A stretch of DNA of 64,000 bases, taken from Octopus sinensis. Its lineage: Eukaryota. The notes under the pieces were generated by a model that saw nothing but the letters and a program-made list of their open reading frames with translations, ran no database searches and was not told where the DNA came from. Shown here one piece after another: positions 26,791-39,550 of the stretch. Where the stretch lies: contig NC_043010.1 in the NCBI RefSeq assembly GCF_006345805.1, positions 19,902,001-19,966,000 of the forward strand. Reading direction: 5' to 3'. Made by a program: the position numbers and the translations under genes. Position 1 is the stretch's first letter. Each line of letters opens with the position of its first letter.

Positions 26791-27496
26791 CTTGCTTTAT
26801 ATAATGTTCTGGAGAGAAAGATAAATAAGATATTTAGCCCTTTCATTACGAACACGCCCGAATAATGATTCAAAATTTGAAAGCAGCGACAGAAAAATCA
26901 AATGATATGTGCAATAAGTAGAACCACATGTATGATGGAGAAGTGAATATTTTCATTTCCAATTCAGAAATCAACGAGTTCGTGATGAGTATTGACCAGA
27001 TACAGAATGGACGATTTATATATATACATACATAAAGTGTCTGTGGTCACCTACATGCCCGGAAGAAATTAGTTATAAGCATTAACCACTAAAGCACTGG
27101 GATTTGTACTTACAGAGCATGGACTGCTAAGCACATTTTACGAAAATGACACTACCATGCACACATAAAAAAACAAATAGTTAAAATATCTTCTTAGTAT
27201 AATATAATGGTAGCAAGTTTTACATCATCTGGAAAGTCATTAGTTGAACTATTAGTCCTCTTGCATTCTGGGGGGTATCAGAGCGTTTGAATGTCATTAG
27301 ACCCCAACAAATGCCCATAAATTAAATGCATCTACCTGGAACACGATCGTGGTCCGACGCGCTTTATGTGTTAAGGGCATTAAGAAGCTGCCCAGGACAG
27401 CCAACTACTAATGGATGAATAGTTTGGCGATCAGTATGCTTCCAGTTATATCACGCAGACAAGGTTTTTGAAATTATGACAAATTCTTGTACATAC

Positions 27497-27600
27497 GAGG
27501 CACGCAGCGTAGCAGTAGTGAGAAGAAAACGATCCCTCTTCGACAAAGGGGCGATATTTTAAATAAGGAGGCTTCCGTGCATACAGAAGTGACGAAAGAA
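27497..27600 (-). promoter_or_regulatory. RPL26: Probable RPL26 core promoter and non-coding exon 1 (TCT/5'TOP-like)
   Basis: Minus strand has CCCCTTTGTC (TCT-motif-like) near 27550, CGGAAG upstream, and a donor CTC|GTATGT after 27497. Consistent with the usual ribosomal-protein gene layout (inference). Confidence 0.55.
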
Positions 27601-27838
27601 CGGGACAAACTGATAGAAATACATTGTTTTTTTTACTACATAATTTATTCTCAGATGTCACAATTATGTCCCATATTTATCAACTGTTGAGGTATGGAAG
27701 TGAACTTCGGAGCATGCACATCCTGAAGGACTTCCCCGGCCACAACTACCCTCCCTTTTTTGTTTTCATTTATGGTAATTCAGCTTTCGCTAGCGATGAG
27801 GGAGATTTGACCGATGTTTCTAGCAGGTCAAAAAAACA

Positions 27839-27991
27839 AGTACTATTTAAGAGAGGTCCCGGTGCGCGCTAGCTAGTCGCGACTAGTCAATCCTACGACT
27901 ACCTAGCAAAGTAAATAAAACACAAAATACAAAGGATCGACTAGTCACGACTAGCTAACGCGCACCGGGACCACTCTTCTTAAATAGTACC
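27839..27991. mobile_element. GC-rich MITE with ~55-bp TIRs
   Basis: GTACTATTTAAGA...GGTCCCGGTGCGCG...GACTAGTC matched by its reverse complement at the other end; sister copy at 31328-31552. Confidence 0.7.
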
Positions 27992-30074
27992 CTCCACCCA
28001 AAAAAACCTGTACACGTTTCTTTGGATAAGACTACAAAGTCTAGTATAGTCTGGCAATCTTTCGTTATAGCCATAGCCAGTCTAGTTTATATTCCTGTAA
28101 ATTATCTCAGATGTGAACTGAATCAAATATGCAGCTTAATAAACGAAGAAACGCCGAGCATTGGAGGGGGAACAAAAATATGAACACATAAAATATAACT
28201 TTTAAGTGGATATTTATAAGTCTCAAATAAACGAACCAACCATATGTGTACACAATAAAGATACACTATGCTCCAAAGAATTCCATTTTATTTCAAAACT
28301 CTTCCGAAAGTAGCAATTAGCCACAAATTTTCTGCTGCATTATAAAGTATATAATTCGTTGTATGGTGCACGATGTTGCTTTTACGACACCAGTTCAGCA
28401 TTATTACAAAACTTTTATTTATAAATTCACATGAAAATAGCCATATTAAAGTGATACACAATACACATAAATATTGGCTTAAAAAACACACATTAATAAC
28501 TACATCGAAGAAGAAAACTGATCTTATACACGTGTTTAGCGTGGCTGTTTAATAATAAGTAATGGATATTACGATTTTGGTGGAGCAGTAAATGATGAGT
28601 TTGTAGTAGTAAACGAAAATATATATAAAAAAACTAAGCAATTATTCATGTCAAACATGAAATTCTGTGTTGAACAGCAATGTCAGTGAGGACTAAGATT
28701 AGCAAAATAAGACGGATGGAAGAAGATAAATGAAGAGGTACTCACTTCTTTGTACAGCACGTTCTATGGCCGACCTAAAAAGAACATGTCCGTCTAGTAA
28801 AGTTGGCAACATAATGTTCTCCTCGTTTGCCGCATGTGACTGAAAACTTGAATTTTTTTTGCAATTTGAATTACATTTAGATAATTCATTTCAAATTAAA
28901 AGAAAAATAAATAGACATTAATTTATTCAATTTTATTATTAAATGTTGAACACTATGTATATTTTTTCTACTTTCTCAAATAAAACTGTGAGTACGAAAC
29001 TAAATTTACAAGTGTCTAAATTATCTGCCCGAAACCATTCTCTCGTAGAACTTCGTGTATCTTGAGATGTAATTTTTGGAATGCAATTTAAATTTCATAT
29101 TTTCCTCCCACCTCAACAAGCAAGGTGAGTTGTATTTTTCTCTATTTCGTATTCGAAGAAAATGGTGCTGGTATGTGTCGTCGCTAAAAAGTTATATGTT
29201 TTGAATAAGTTAGTATAAAGTGTTGGTTTGCCAGAAATACTATGGGGTGGGGGGTGGGGGGTGGCGACACAAAACATTGAAAAAAATTCAAATAGAAAAT
29301 TTTCCTTGCAAAAAAAAAATGTTATTTTCCTACAAGTTTCTAAAACATGTATCCGATAAAGTTGTGGGAAAAGTTCCAACCAGTTATAAGAGTATTTTTC
29401 GAGGAGAACTCAATCGGCCAATCGTCCTTAAACTCAAACAACCGCCTTTTTTAAAGTGCTTAATCTGAGGATGAACTCTTAACACACATTCTTTATTATT
29501 TTTTTTTATCAGATGTTATCCTTAAACCTGTCTTTGAATACTTTACAACATAAAGTGGACTCTGTTATCTTGCAGAATACTTAATTGAAGTAATACTAAA
29601 CCGGTACTACTTTTATTCATTAAATTTGCCTTAGCTTTGCGGGCTGGACATAGACATTGATAGTATGAATGATGGTGATGGGAGAAGACGAAAGCGCCCG
29701 CCGACATCCGCTTCTCTAAGACAATGTTCTTTTTTCAAAAATTCAAAAAGTCACAATGAACCTCTTTCTCAATATGATACAATTTTTCTTTTTAAAAACA
29801 TTCAAAAAGTTCAAGTCACCCGGCCGACCTGCGCTTTTGCTTTATCAAGGCAATCATTCTTTGTCGGGCGGCAGTATTCAGGTATATATTGAAAGGAGTC
29901 CTCCGGGAAGGGATTCATGATCCTGCGGAACGCTTGAAAACGAGATAGGTAAAATGAAAGAGAAAGGCCAATGGGAGGGACTCCGGTCCTGCACGGAGGA
30001 CCCTGAGTGGCCTTCGCAGGTGGCTGCGGAGGTCCTATGACCTCCGCAGCCACCTGCGAAGGCCACTCAGGGTG

Positions 30075-30977
30075 GTTAATATAGGGCGTAACAAATATCA
30101 GAAAATCAAAAAAAAAATGTGTGTAATAGGTGTAAAACAACTTCCTATGAACGAATATGAAAATATATATATATTTTTTTTTATTTTACAAACAAAAAGT
30201 GAAAACTGAAGTAATGGAATTTGAATTTTTGAAGTTGCGATTGATAATTATTCTGTGACAATCAATAATATTGGGAAAATATAATCTGTACTTACCACAT
30301 GCGTGGTAGATTTGCTGATTATTTTCAACAAATCTACCACGCTTCTAAATCAAATTCTTTAACGTTGTCCTGTGAATTTTCCAGAATTTCTTCTCTTTAT
30401 TTTTTTTTTTTTGCGAAATACGGAGTTTATGATTCATGTGTGAGTGTGTGTTCTTGATACTCGTTTAGAACAAGTAGTTTTACACCAATTACACTATTTT
30501 TTCTTAGTTTAAAGGCCGTGGACTGAAGATGTGAAATTTCCGAAGCCTCTCCCTCACCCCCCTTTCGCGAGCGCGCATTTTTTTCATGATAGTCGTTTAG
30601 AGCAAGTTGTTTTACACCTATTACGCTGTTTTTGTTTTTGTGCCCGGTTCAGACGCTTTCGGAAATTCCCGATATAAATATTCCGAGGCCTCTCCCTCAC
30701 CCCACTTTCTCGAGAGCGCATTTTTTTTTTTCATATTCGTTTAGAGCAAGTTGTTTTACACATATTACACTATTTTTTTTTTTGTTTTGGTGCCCGGGTC
30801 AGCCCCTCAGACGCTTTCGGAACTTCCCGATGTGAATTTTCCGAGGCCTCTCCCCAACCCCCCTTGCGCGTGCGCGAATTTTTTTTTTTTCATATTCGTT
30901 CATAGGAAGTTGTTTTACACCTATTACACACATTTTTTTTTTTGATTTTCTGATATTTGTTACGCCCTATATTAACC
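30075..30977. mobile_element. Element with 89-bp terminal inverted repeats and internal 120-145-bp tandem repeats
   Basis: 30075-30163 is the reverse complement of 30888-30977 (GGTTAATATAGGGCGTAACAAATATCAG...). About three diverged repeats (GTTGTTTTACAC...CCGAGGCCTCTCCC) lie between 30460 and 30890. Confidence 0.6.
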
Positions 30978-30989
30978 CTTTTTTTCCCC

Positions 30990-31310
30990 TGGGCCGCGGG
31001 AGGGTGAGGTTCCTGTGTTGCACACAACGGGTCCTCTTTTTCTCCCGCAGCTACGGGTCTTTCTGTGGGTCACCATTGTTGCCCATCTTTTCGTTTATGA
31101 GGATGTAGCAATTTCCTCGTTCTGTTTCTCTCCCTCCATTGGGGGAGCAGGGAGGGACTCCAACACTAACCGCTCCAGGATCCTACTTTCGTCCCTGGGG
31201 CAGTTCTTCTTAATGTGGCCGGTCTCCAGGCACAGGTGACACTTGGGGGGGGGGCGTCCCTCAAGCATCACCGGACCCCTGGATCCGGCCATCCTCAAGA
31301 AATCTGGAAA
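30990..31310 (-). pseudogene. Relic of a divergent L1/Tx1-like ORF1 (zinc knuckle)
   Basis: PDFLRMAGSRGPVMLEGRPPPKCHLCLETGHIKKNCP aligns by eye with PDFVILLDGTRLNVTVEGRKPKCFLCSSESHLKRDCP of the array ORF1. Confidence 0.6.
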
Positions 31311-31327
31311 AACCAGACTTTTAAACC

Positions 31328-31552
31328 GGTACTACTTGAGAACAGTGGTCCCGGTGCGCGTACTCGCGCATCCGCTAGCTAGATAGTCGTGACTAGTCGA
31401 CCCTTACTTTGTGTTTTTGCGTTTTATTTACTTTGTGTTAAAAAATTATTTATTTTGTGTTTTATTTACTTTGCTAGGTAGTCGTAGAATCGACTAGTCA
31501 CGACTAGCTAGCGCGGATGCGCGCACCGGAGCCACTGTTCTCAAGTAGCACC
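31328..31552. mobile_element. GC-rich MITE, sister of 27839-27991 in opposite orientation
   Basis: TIRs GGTACTACTTGAGAACAGTGG / CCACTGTTCTCAAGTAGCACC; internal TTTACTTTGCTAGGTAGTCGTAG is the reverse complement of the first copy's interior. Confidence 0.7.
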
Positions 31553-31578
31553 TACCAAACCTTTATCACAGCTTATTT

Positions 31579-32372
31579 GGATCTTTTTCTTTTGAACGGC
31601 ACATGTCAACACAATTTCTAGTTAACTAAACACTTTTAAACTTCATATACTGGTAGAATGTGTTTATAAAACATCATTTTTTCTTGGCTTTATTGAGAAA
31701 ATTCTATAGTTTGTAAGATATTTCGTCTGAAATTTCGAGCATTTCGGCAATTTTAACCAATCGCTGACCTCCATTTGGGGTGAAAACATTCCGTGCTGTA
31801 TGAATATGTCCCTCGTTTAAGAAACAGATTGGGTTTATTTACATTTGCGAAGAAAAAAGAGATACCCTTCTCCTACCCTTAACCCTAAATCTGAAATAGA
31901 TTGAAGTGCAATAGATCGATACTAGTGTTATAATTATGGGTGACATTTTCATTTGACACCGCTAGAAAAAAATCCCATTTTCTGTAGCGGTGTCGTATGA
32001 AATTGTCATCCATAATTATAACCCTAGTATTGATCTATTGCATTTCAATCTATTTTAGAGTTAGGGTTAGGAGTGGGGGAAGGGTATCTTTTTTTCTTTG
32101 CAAATGTAAATAAACCCAATCTGTTTCTTAAACGAGGGACATATTCATACAGCACGGAATGTTTTCACCCCAAATGGAGGTCAGTGATTGGTTAAAATTG
32201 CCGAAATGCTTGAATTTAAAGTGGAAATATGTTACAACAAATTACAATTTTCTCAAGAAAGCCAAGAGAAAAAATGATGTTTTATAAACACATTCTACCA
32301 GTATACGAAGTTTAAAAGTGTTTAGTTAACTAGAAATTGTGCTGACATGTGCCGTTCAAAAGGAAAAGATCC
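31579..32372. mobile_element. 794-bp foldback MITE with 8-bp TSD (Merlin-like)
   Basis: Near-complete palindrome centred at about 31975, with termini GGATC...GATCC and TSD GCTTATTT at 31571-31578 and 32373-32380. Confidence 0.8.
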
Positions 32373-33265
32373 GCTTATTTTTGTGACAATGGGGTGGAGG
32401 CGGTCTGTTTACATCTCCACCATGTGCACCTTAAAATCATTAATAATTTTGCAACTATTCGTTCAAAAGACTAGATTAATTGTACTAAAGTTTACCAAAG
32501 GTTTGCTATTTTTTAAATGAAGTGTTCAACAAGTATGTCAGATGGACGCACACTCGTTTATAATGTCATGCTCCAAGTTTCATTTTGTAAATGTGTATGA
32601 GTATGTTGCGTGCCAGTTACTCTTTAACTTGTTTCAGTCATCTTGACTGCAGCCGTGCTGGAGCACCTCTAGTCGAACAAACCGACCCCAGGAGTTATTC
32701 TGTCGGTTGCTTTTGCCAACCCGCTAAGTTATGCTAAGTTACGTGGACAACATCGGTTGTCAAGCGATGGCAGGTGGACAAACATAGACAAACAAATAAA
32801 TAAATGTATATACACAACAGTCTTTCAGTTTCTGCCTACCCAATCCACTCGCAAGGCTGTGGTTGGCCCGTGTGCATATTGTAGAACACACTTGCCCAAG
32901 TTGCTACGCTGTGGGACTGAACCCGGAGTCATGTGGTTGGGAAGCAGGCTTCTTACCACGCAGCCACTCCATGAAATTTTGCAGTGGTACCTTTTCGGTT
33001 GTGTAAATTAGAATCATGTTGACATTAAGGTAAATATTTCGTAAAAGACCCGTTTGTACCTAGGTGTGAAATAGTTTTTTTTTTCTGGGTGCATTCGACG
33101 TATCTGACCTCCAAACCCGCCGCAAGCAACTTTTTTTTTTTACCCCAGAAGGGGTGGTGGGGGCCTAGGAGTTTCCCCACCAATGAAATTTTGTTTCGCA
33201 GGTTTTTATTTGGGGTGGCGGTCCAGGTTATTTTGCATACTTTCAATAAATATGACATCGAAATT

Positions 33266-33477
33266 TATAGTGGAAGAACTGGAAGCGACAAGAGATGACG
33301 TCACGTCTACGAGTGAGAAGAAAAGTTTTTTTCCTGGAGACGCGAGCAGTGACAGACGCCAGTCGGGAAGATGGAGAAGTCATGAGACAACGCGTGTGAA
33401 GACTTGATAAATCTACTGGCGGTACCCTATTGCAAGTCGAGGTGAGAACAATTTTATTTATGTACCTTCAAACTACA
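33266..33477 (+). mobile_element. Probable solo or 5' LTR of the adjacent Gypsy relic
   Basis: Termini TATAGT...ACTACA (TGTAGT/ACTACA-like), immediately upstream of pol remnants; contains TGACGTCA and an AG|GTGAGA donor-like site. Confidence 0.4.
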
Positions 33478-33559
33478 AGCTATTTTGGCACATTACCAGC
33501 TGTGAGGATACGTCCGAGAAGTAGATATTTTATTTATTTTTTTTTCTGGTTTTTTCCTT

Positions 33560-35440
33560 TGTAATGGCCACAAAAGTCAGAATCGGAAATAATGTGTTGA
33601 GACCGTTCACTAGGAAAGATGTGGAGCCTGGATAAAGAAGGTGAGATTAGTGGGGAAGCTGCAGGGAATAAAAAATGTGGCAAGCCTTATTCTGTTGTAT
33701 TTAGAAGGTGGTACAGTGGTGTCAGTGATCACCAACTGGAATAGGATTTGCATAAAAGAGGCTGCTGAAATGGTGATCAAATGTCATCTAGGAATCCTGG
33801 GGGAGCTAGCTGCCGAGTTTGCCCTGGAACTGCATGTGGTGTTCTTGTCCTCGGAAAAGAATAAGGTGGGAGTTCTAACCAGAGTGAAAAAAGCATTCAT
33901 TGGAAACACTAGCGGATGTTCTGGGTTGGGTGGCGGTGATTTGTCGGTTTGAGGGCACAGAACTAAAGAAGCTGCACAATATGTGCCATATGGGGATTGA
34001 TGTAACAATACTTTTTGCTCGAATGGTCGACTCCGATGTTGCCAGGGGAAGCGTTTAGAAGATAGTGGGGGAACTGTAACAGGTGCCCATCGATTGATCC
34101 TGCCCCTGAACACACGCGAACCAGGAAAGATTCAGGTAGTGGAAGAAGCTAGCCATTGATGTGACGCACTATCAGGGAAAGGTGTACCTTTCAGTGGTTG
34201 ACTGTGGACTGGGGTGAATGGCTATATGGAGAGAAATTGGGGTGCAGACTGCTGCTGAGGTCACAGAGGTGCAGAATGCGATGTCTTTGGAAAGGGGGCC
34301 GGATCTTTACCTTTTGACCGACAGATTTGAAAAATAATTTTTTGTGGTAGAATGTGTCATATTAAACATCTTTTACTCTTAGCATTTTTGAGCAAAAACT
34401 TATATTTACGAAGTTATTTCATGTTAAAGTTGTCCTATTTTGGTAATTTCAACCAATCAATGACCTGTATTCAGCTGAATAAAATTACTGTTGTTGTTTG
34501 TCAACAAGAACTTCCGGCGGTGTATACTTCGTTTGTCACTGTTATTTATGACAACCCTAACAGCTTAAAGCTAAAACCAGTACAAACGCATGAACGATGT
34601 CATAAATAATTGTGACAAATGAAATATACATCGCCAATAGTTGTTGACAAACAACGGCAATAATTTTATTCAGCTGAATACACATCATTGATTGGTTGAA
34701 ATTAACGAAATTGAACTACTTTAACGTAAAATTACTTTGTAAATATAAGTTTTTCTCAAAAATGCTAAGACTAAAAAATGTTTTATATGATACATTCTAG
34801 CAGTGTCCGAAGTTTGAAAGTGTTTAGTTACAAAAAACTATTTTTTAAATCTGTCGGTCAAAAGGTAAAGATCCAGGGGGCTGTAGGCGAGCTATTGATG
34901 GATAACAGCACAAGTTTTCGCTCAGAACAGCTGAGAGAGATGTTTGGAAAATGGAGCACAAGATGCTTTTTCAGAGCTGCATACAGGCCGGGTGGAAACG
35001 GGATTGTGGAACAGCGCCACTATGATTAAAGCCATAGCTGAGAGGAAACAAATCTTCCCCTATGGAGGCAGTCTTGTATAATATGTCACCCAGGGTAGGG
35101 CAAGCCAAAGAGTCGGTCCTGCACAGGGCCATATTCCAATACAAATGGAGACACCTGAGTGTGGTGCGGCAGCAGCTAGAGGTGGAAGGGATTACCTTCT
35201 GTGCAAGTTGGAGATGAAGTGTGCATAAAGCCCCTGAATGCTCTCTGCACAATACAGTGGGAAGAAGGAAAGGTGACCGCAAATGGTACTTTGGATAATG
35301 TATCAGTGGATGGGATGCCGCATCACATCTTGGATATTTGAAGGGTGATTAGCTCTTCGAATCACAAAGGGGAAGGTGACCCCGCGACCGTATGGAGATC
35401 TCTAAGGGAATGTCATCCTCCCAGTTAGATTGTGGGGGAG
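33560..35440 (+). pseudogene. Gypsy (Ty3) LTR retrotransposon RNase H/integrase relic interrupted by a MITE
   Basis: Decayed frames give LELHVVFLSSEKNK, then GELLMDNSTSFRSEQLREMFGKW...RAAYRPGGNGIVE (integrase core). Purine tract GTGGGGGAGAGAG near 35430. Confidence 0.75.
34301..34874. mobile_element. Foldback MITE with 8-bp TSD (Merlin-like) inserted into the Gypsy integrase
   Basis: TIRs GGATCTTTACCTTTTGACCGACAGATTT and its reverse complement; TSD AGGGGGCC / AGGGGGCT (7/8). Confidence 0.8.
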
Positions 35441-36551
35441 AGAGAAGAAATTTTCAGAAATTTTTCATGAAATGTCCCTACCTCCTCATCATTTTGAAGT
35501 ATTTAGTGGAAAAAAAAAATTTAAAAATCCCCATCAAAACAGAGTAAATCCAAGTTACGTGAACAAAGTATTCAAGGCCTGTGCCAAAATATTCTTTTAA
35601 TGTTTCCACCTGTAATAGCTTTCTAAATTTATTTTCTATGAACACACATGGCTGCATGGTTAAGGTTGCATTGCAACCACAGAGTTACAGGTTCAGTCCC
35701 ACTGTGTGGCACTTAGTGCACGTCTTCCAACATAGTCTTATTGATTTATGCTCTATGACTGGAATTCGGTACATAGAAACTGGAGTGTGTGCATGGTAAT
35801 TTAAATGTCTTTAAGATTTTTGCATGATTACAAAAATTGGTTAAATCACTCATTTTATAAAACAAATAAGAGTAATGGGATTTGAACAAATTGACTCAAT
35901 CACCCTTGAAGATTGCTCCAGCATGGCAGTGAACTGTATATTAAAAAATGTCGAAATAATTTGCAGAATTATTCTTGAGTAACATTTTTTAGTTTCACAT
36001 GAAATTGCCACCTGCCTTAGCACATTTCTCCACTTCACGAGGGTAGTTTTCATATTGTTGCTTGATCTGCTAAAAATATCATGCTAATTCCCACAAACCA
36101 TACTATTCCATCCTAAAAATTGACCCACTGAGTAACTTGCTTCCCAACCTTATGACTTAGGGTTCAGTCACACCTTGCCTGCAACATATTATAACTTGTA
36201 ATTACTAATATTGGCAGAATCATTAACATGCCAGGCGAAATGCTTAGCGGTTTTTCGTCTGTCTTCATGTTCTGAGTTCAAATTCCGCTGAAGTCAACTT
36301 TGCCTTTCATCTCTTCAGGGTCAATAAATTAAGTACCATTGTGTACTGGGGTCAATCTAATCGACTGGCCCCCTCCCCCCAAAATTTTGGGCCTTGTTCC
36401 TGTGTAGAAAAGAATATTGGAAGGAATGTGAATACTGCTGCAATTGACTGTCAGCCTTTGTCTACTTGGCAGTCCCTTGTGTTTGTTTTAGGGCAGTGAA
36501 GACCTAAATTCTTAGCTGCATTGTCATTGTAAATGTTATTTTCTCTTGCAG

Positions 36552-36821
36552 ATGCTCCCTGCTGTAAAGCATGGTCTGTATGTTTTGTTGCTACTCTTTG
36601 CACAAGAGGGAGTGAGTCCTGGTCATACAGCCTTACCTGAACCACCCAGTTTGCTGTGTTACCAGGATATGTTGCTTAACAAACAAGTGTGCCGACCTGC
36701 TTGTCTTACTGGTTATTTTGCTGTTGCTGGGATGAACTCTTGTCATCAATGGCTCACATGCGAAGACTTTGATACCAACATTACCATTGGACGCAAGATT
36801 GCTAGTGGCCTTGGAAAAATG
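36552..36821 (+). CDS. POMK: Protein O-mannose kinase (SGK196), coding exon 1
   Basis: TTGCAG|ATG acceptor. Encodes 90 codons: hydrophobic N-terminus, Cys-rich segment (CLTGYF...CHQWLTCE) and a degenerate Gly loop ASGLGKM. Phase-0 GT donor at 36822. Confidence 0.9.
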
Positions 36822-39550
36822 GTAAATAACATTCTGAAATATTTCATTGATGTCTTGTAGCTAAGAGGACAGAGGTGAAAGTTTCTGGATTGTAGGGTTC
36901 AGCTGCATTCTAGGTTTAAAACACTCTTTCATAGGTAAGTCTTAGATGTCCCAGTTGTATCACTCTTTTGTAATTTTATGAAAACAGTCTCGCAGCTAAG
37001 TCGCCTTTGTAGTGAAGATTATCAGCTAGTGACACACAAAAAGGCTTTAGGAATGGATGTTGTCTAAATGTTCCTGATCTTACCTGTTAGTATTTGATAT
37101 ATTGAAAAAAATCTGTTGGTCTACTACACGATTATATTTTTTTTTTACTGATACTTTGAGTCTCAATGACTAGTGAGGTTAAGTTACAGGACAAACTGGC
37201 CTCAGAAGTTCATACTTTACTACAACACATTCTTCTCGTTCCTGTTACTAAAGTACATAACTCTGCTTATTTGATTCTGTGCAAAAGAGGTCCATGGGTA
37301 CCCCTCCCTTATCTCTCTACAATGTAGCCAATGTTCATCCACTAAAATTCTATATTTTGTGGCACTCTGTCAGTTATGACAACAAGGGTTCCAGTCAATC
37401 CAATCAACGGAACGGCTTGCTTGTGAAATTAACGTGCAAGTGCCTGAGCACTCTACAGACATGTGTACCCTTAATGTAATTCTTGGAAAAATTCAGTGTG
37501 ACAAGGCTAGCCCTTTGAAATACAGGTGCAACAGAAACAGGAAGAAAGAGTGAGAGAAAGGGGTTGCCATCACCCAATTCTGGAGCCTCATGGAGCTTTG
37601 GGTGTTTTCGCTCAATAAACACTCACAAAGCCTGGCCTGAGAATCAAAACCGCAATCCTACGGCTGAGTTTACTGTCTTAACCACTGGGCCATTGCGCCT
37701 CCATGCTAAAATTCTATAGATCTAAGTTGTTCCAAGATTTGGCTCACAGCCTGCTAAATATGAAGCTCATTCTCCACTTCATATAGACATTTGCTCTCCA
37801 ACATCCTCTTTTTTTTTCTCCAGGTCTGACTTCATCTTTATATATCGATCGATTACTGTGGTACTTTTCATCTGGCTGGAATCTTGTTCTGTCCACAGAT
37901 CTGGTCTGCAGCTTGCAGTAGGTCGTCTTCACCTGGTGACCAATGAAGTCAATGGTTTGATCTCACTCTGTGGCTTCTTGAGCAAATGTTTTTAGCATAA
38001 CCTCAGGTCAGCCAAGCCTTGTGAGTGAAATTTATGTTGACAAACTAATTGAAAGATGACCCAGCTTTGTCACTGTGGAGCACTTGCCTACTTAATGCAC
38101 TGATTCACTGAGTTTGCTGTTAATGGGAGAGTTGAGCCAAAACTTGTACATTTGAACAGAAATACCTTGTATCAAGTTGACTCCCCTTACAACCATAGCC
38201 TCTCTGTATTTTGTATCTTACAATGCGAGATAAAGTAACGGTGCCAATATAATTAGCTAAAATACTCCAGCATAGCCACAAACCAATAACTGACACCCGT
38301 AAAAAGTGTTTTTGCACCATGCTGGCTGCATGCAGTAAGCACCATTCATGCGTGGGTCATTGCCAGTGCTGGTGACATGTAAAAAGCACCCTCCGAATGT
38401 AGTCAATGCCGGTGGCACATACAAAGCACCCACTACACACTTGGAGTGGTTGGTGTTAAGAAAGGCATCCAGCTGTAGAAACATTGCCAGATCAGATTGG
38501 AGCCTGCTGTGGCCTCTTCGTTTTCCAGACCCCAGTCAAACCGTCCAACCCATGCCAGCATGGAAAACGGACGTTAAACGATGATGATGATGAACTCAGA
38601 ATGTATCAGAAAACCTATGATTAATTAGGAACAGTTAAACTAATTTTAAGCCTTTCCTCAGCCATGAAGTATTTTTGTCAATTATGTTACACGCCAATCT
38701 TTTATCAGTTATTTCCCTTCAGTGAGTTTAATCCATCGAAGGCATTTACATTGGTACAAAACCACACTCAGATCTCTCAAAATTCATTCATCAATCATTG
38801 ATCACCCGGAGGCTAGAGAAGATAACCCTTATTTGTTCGTTTTCAACTTCCTATAATATGCCTATAAGTTTTTGTAATTGTTTTTTGTTGTAATCCCCTC
38901 CTATTTATTACTCTTATGGCCTTAAAAGAAATTATCATTTCTTTTGACTGTTGGTAGAATACTTCTTAGTGATGTTGTAAGTTGGGCTAAATATTTAGCT
39001 GCATTTCATCTGTCTTCACGTGGTTTCAGATTCTACGGAAGTCAACTTTGCCTTTTATCCTTTCAGGGTCAATGTAATTGACCTACCCTTATCATCGTTT
39101 AACGTCCGTTTTCCAATCTAGCATGGGTTTGACATTTCGACCGGGATCTGGGAAGCCAGGAGGCTGCACCAGGCTCCAGTCTGACCTGGCAGTGTTTCTA
39201 CAGCTGGATGCCCTTCTTAACACCAACCACTCCATGAGTGTAGTGGGTGTCTTTTATGTGCCACCAGCATAGGGGCCAGAGCAGGCTGGCAAACGGCCAC
39301 GATCGGTTGGCGCTTTTACGTGTCACCTCCCCCGAAATTACTGGCCTTGTGCTGGAATTTGAAACCCATATTGTCAGTGAGAAAGAAGTAACCTCATACA
39401 ACTGTATTGATAGGATTCTCCCATTTCTCCATCCATTCTGTCTCTCCCCCACCCCCCACACACACCCAATATCTACCTTTGTCTCCTTTGCAAACTGCTT
39501 TCATTTACTTCATAGTTCTAATTCAGTTTTGTCTTTTTGCCTTCCTCCAG

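Noticed and set aside
27270-27310. GGGGT-cta-ATGA...CTGA-t-ACCCC k-turn-like motif in RPL26 intron 1
   Set aside because: About 35 nt, too short for a snoRNA, with a non-canonical C box.
28085-28165. Possible C/D snoRNA (minus strand CAGTTCACAT-CTGA, complementary to 5.8S-like AUGUGAACUG)
   Set aside because: No C box or terminal stem, it is not in a defined intron, and the predicted site is not the known 5.8S methylation position.
29665-29892. ORF MNDGDGRRRKRPP... as a POMK coding exon 1
   Set aside because: The donor at 29881 is phase 1 while the POMK exon starts in phase 0, and there is no similarity to POMK N-termini.
32058-32075. TTAGGGTTAGG as telomeric sequence
   Set aside because: Fewer than two units, inside a MITE arm; there is no telomeric array in the window.
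36546-39550. ORF-track starts at 36546 and 39407 and the read-through to 36860 for POMK
   Set aside because: These extend into intronic sequence; the splice sites define 36552-36821 and 39551-40312.
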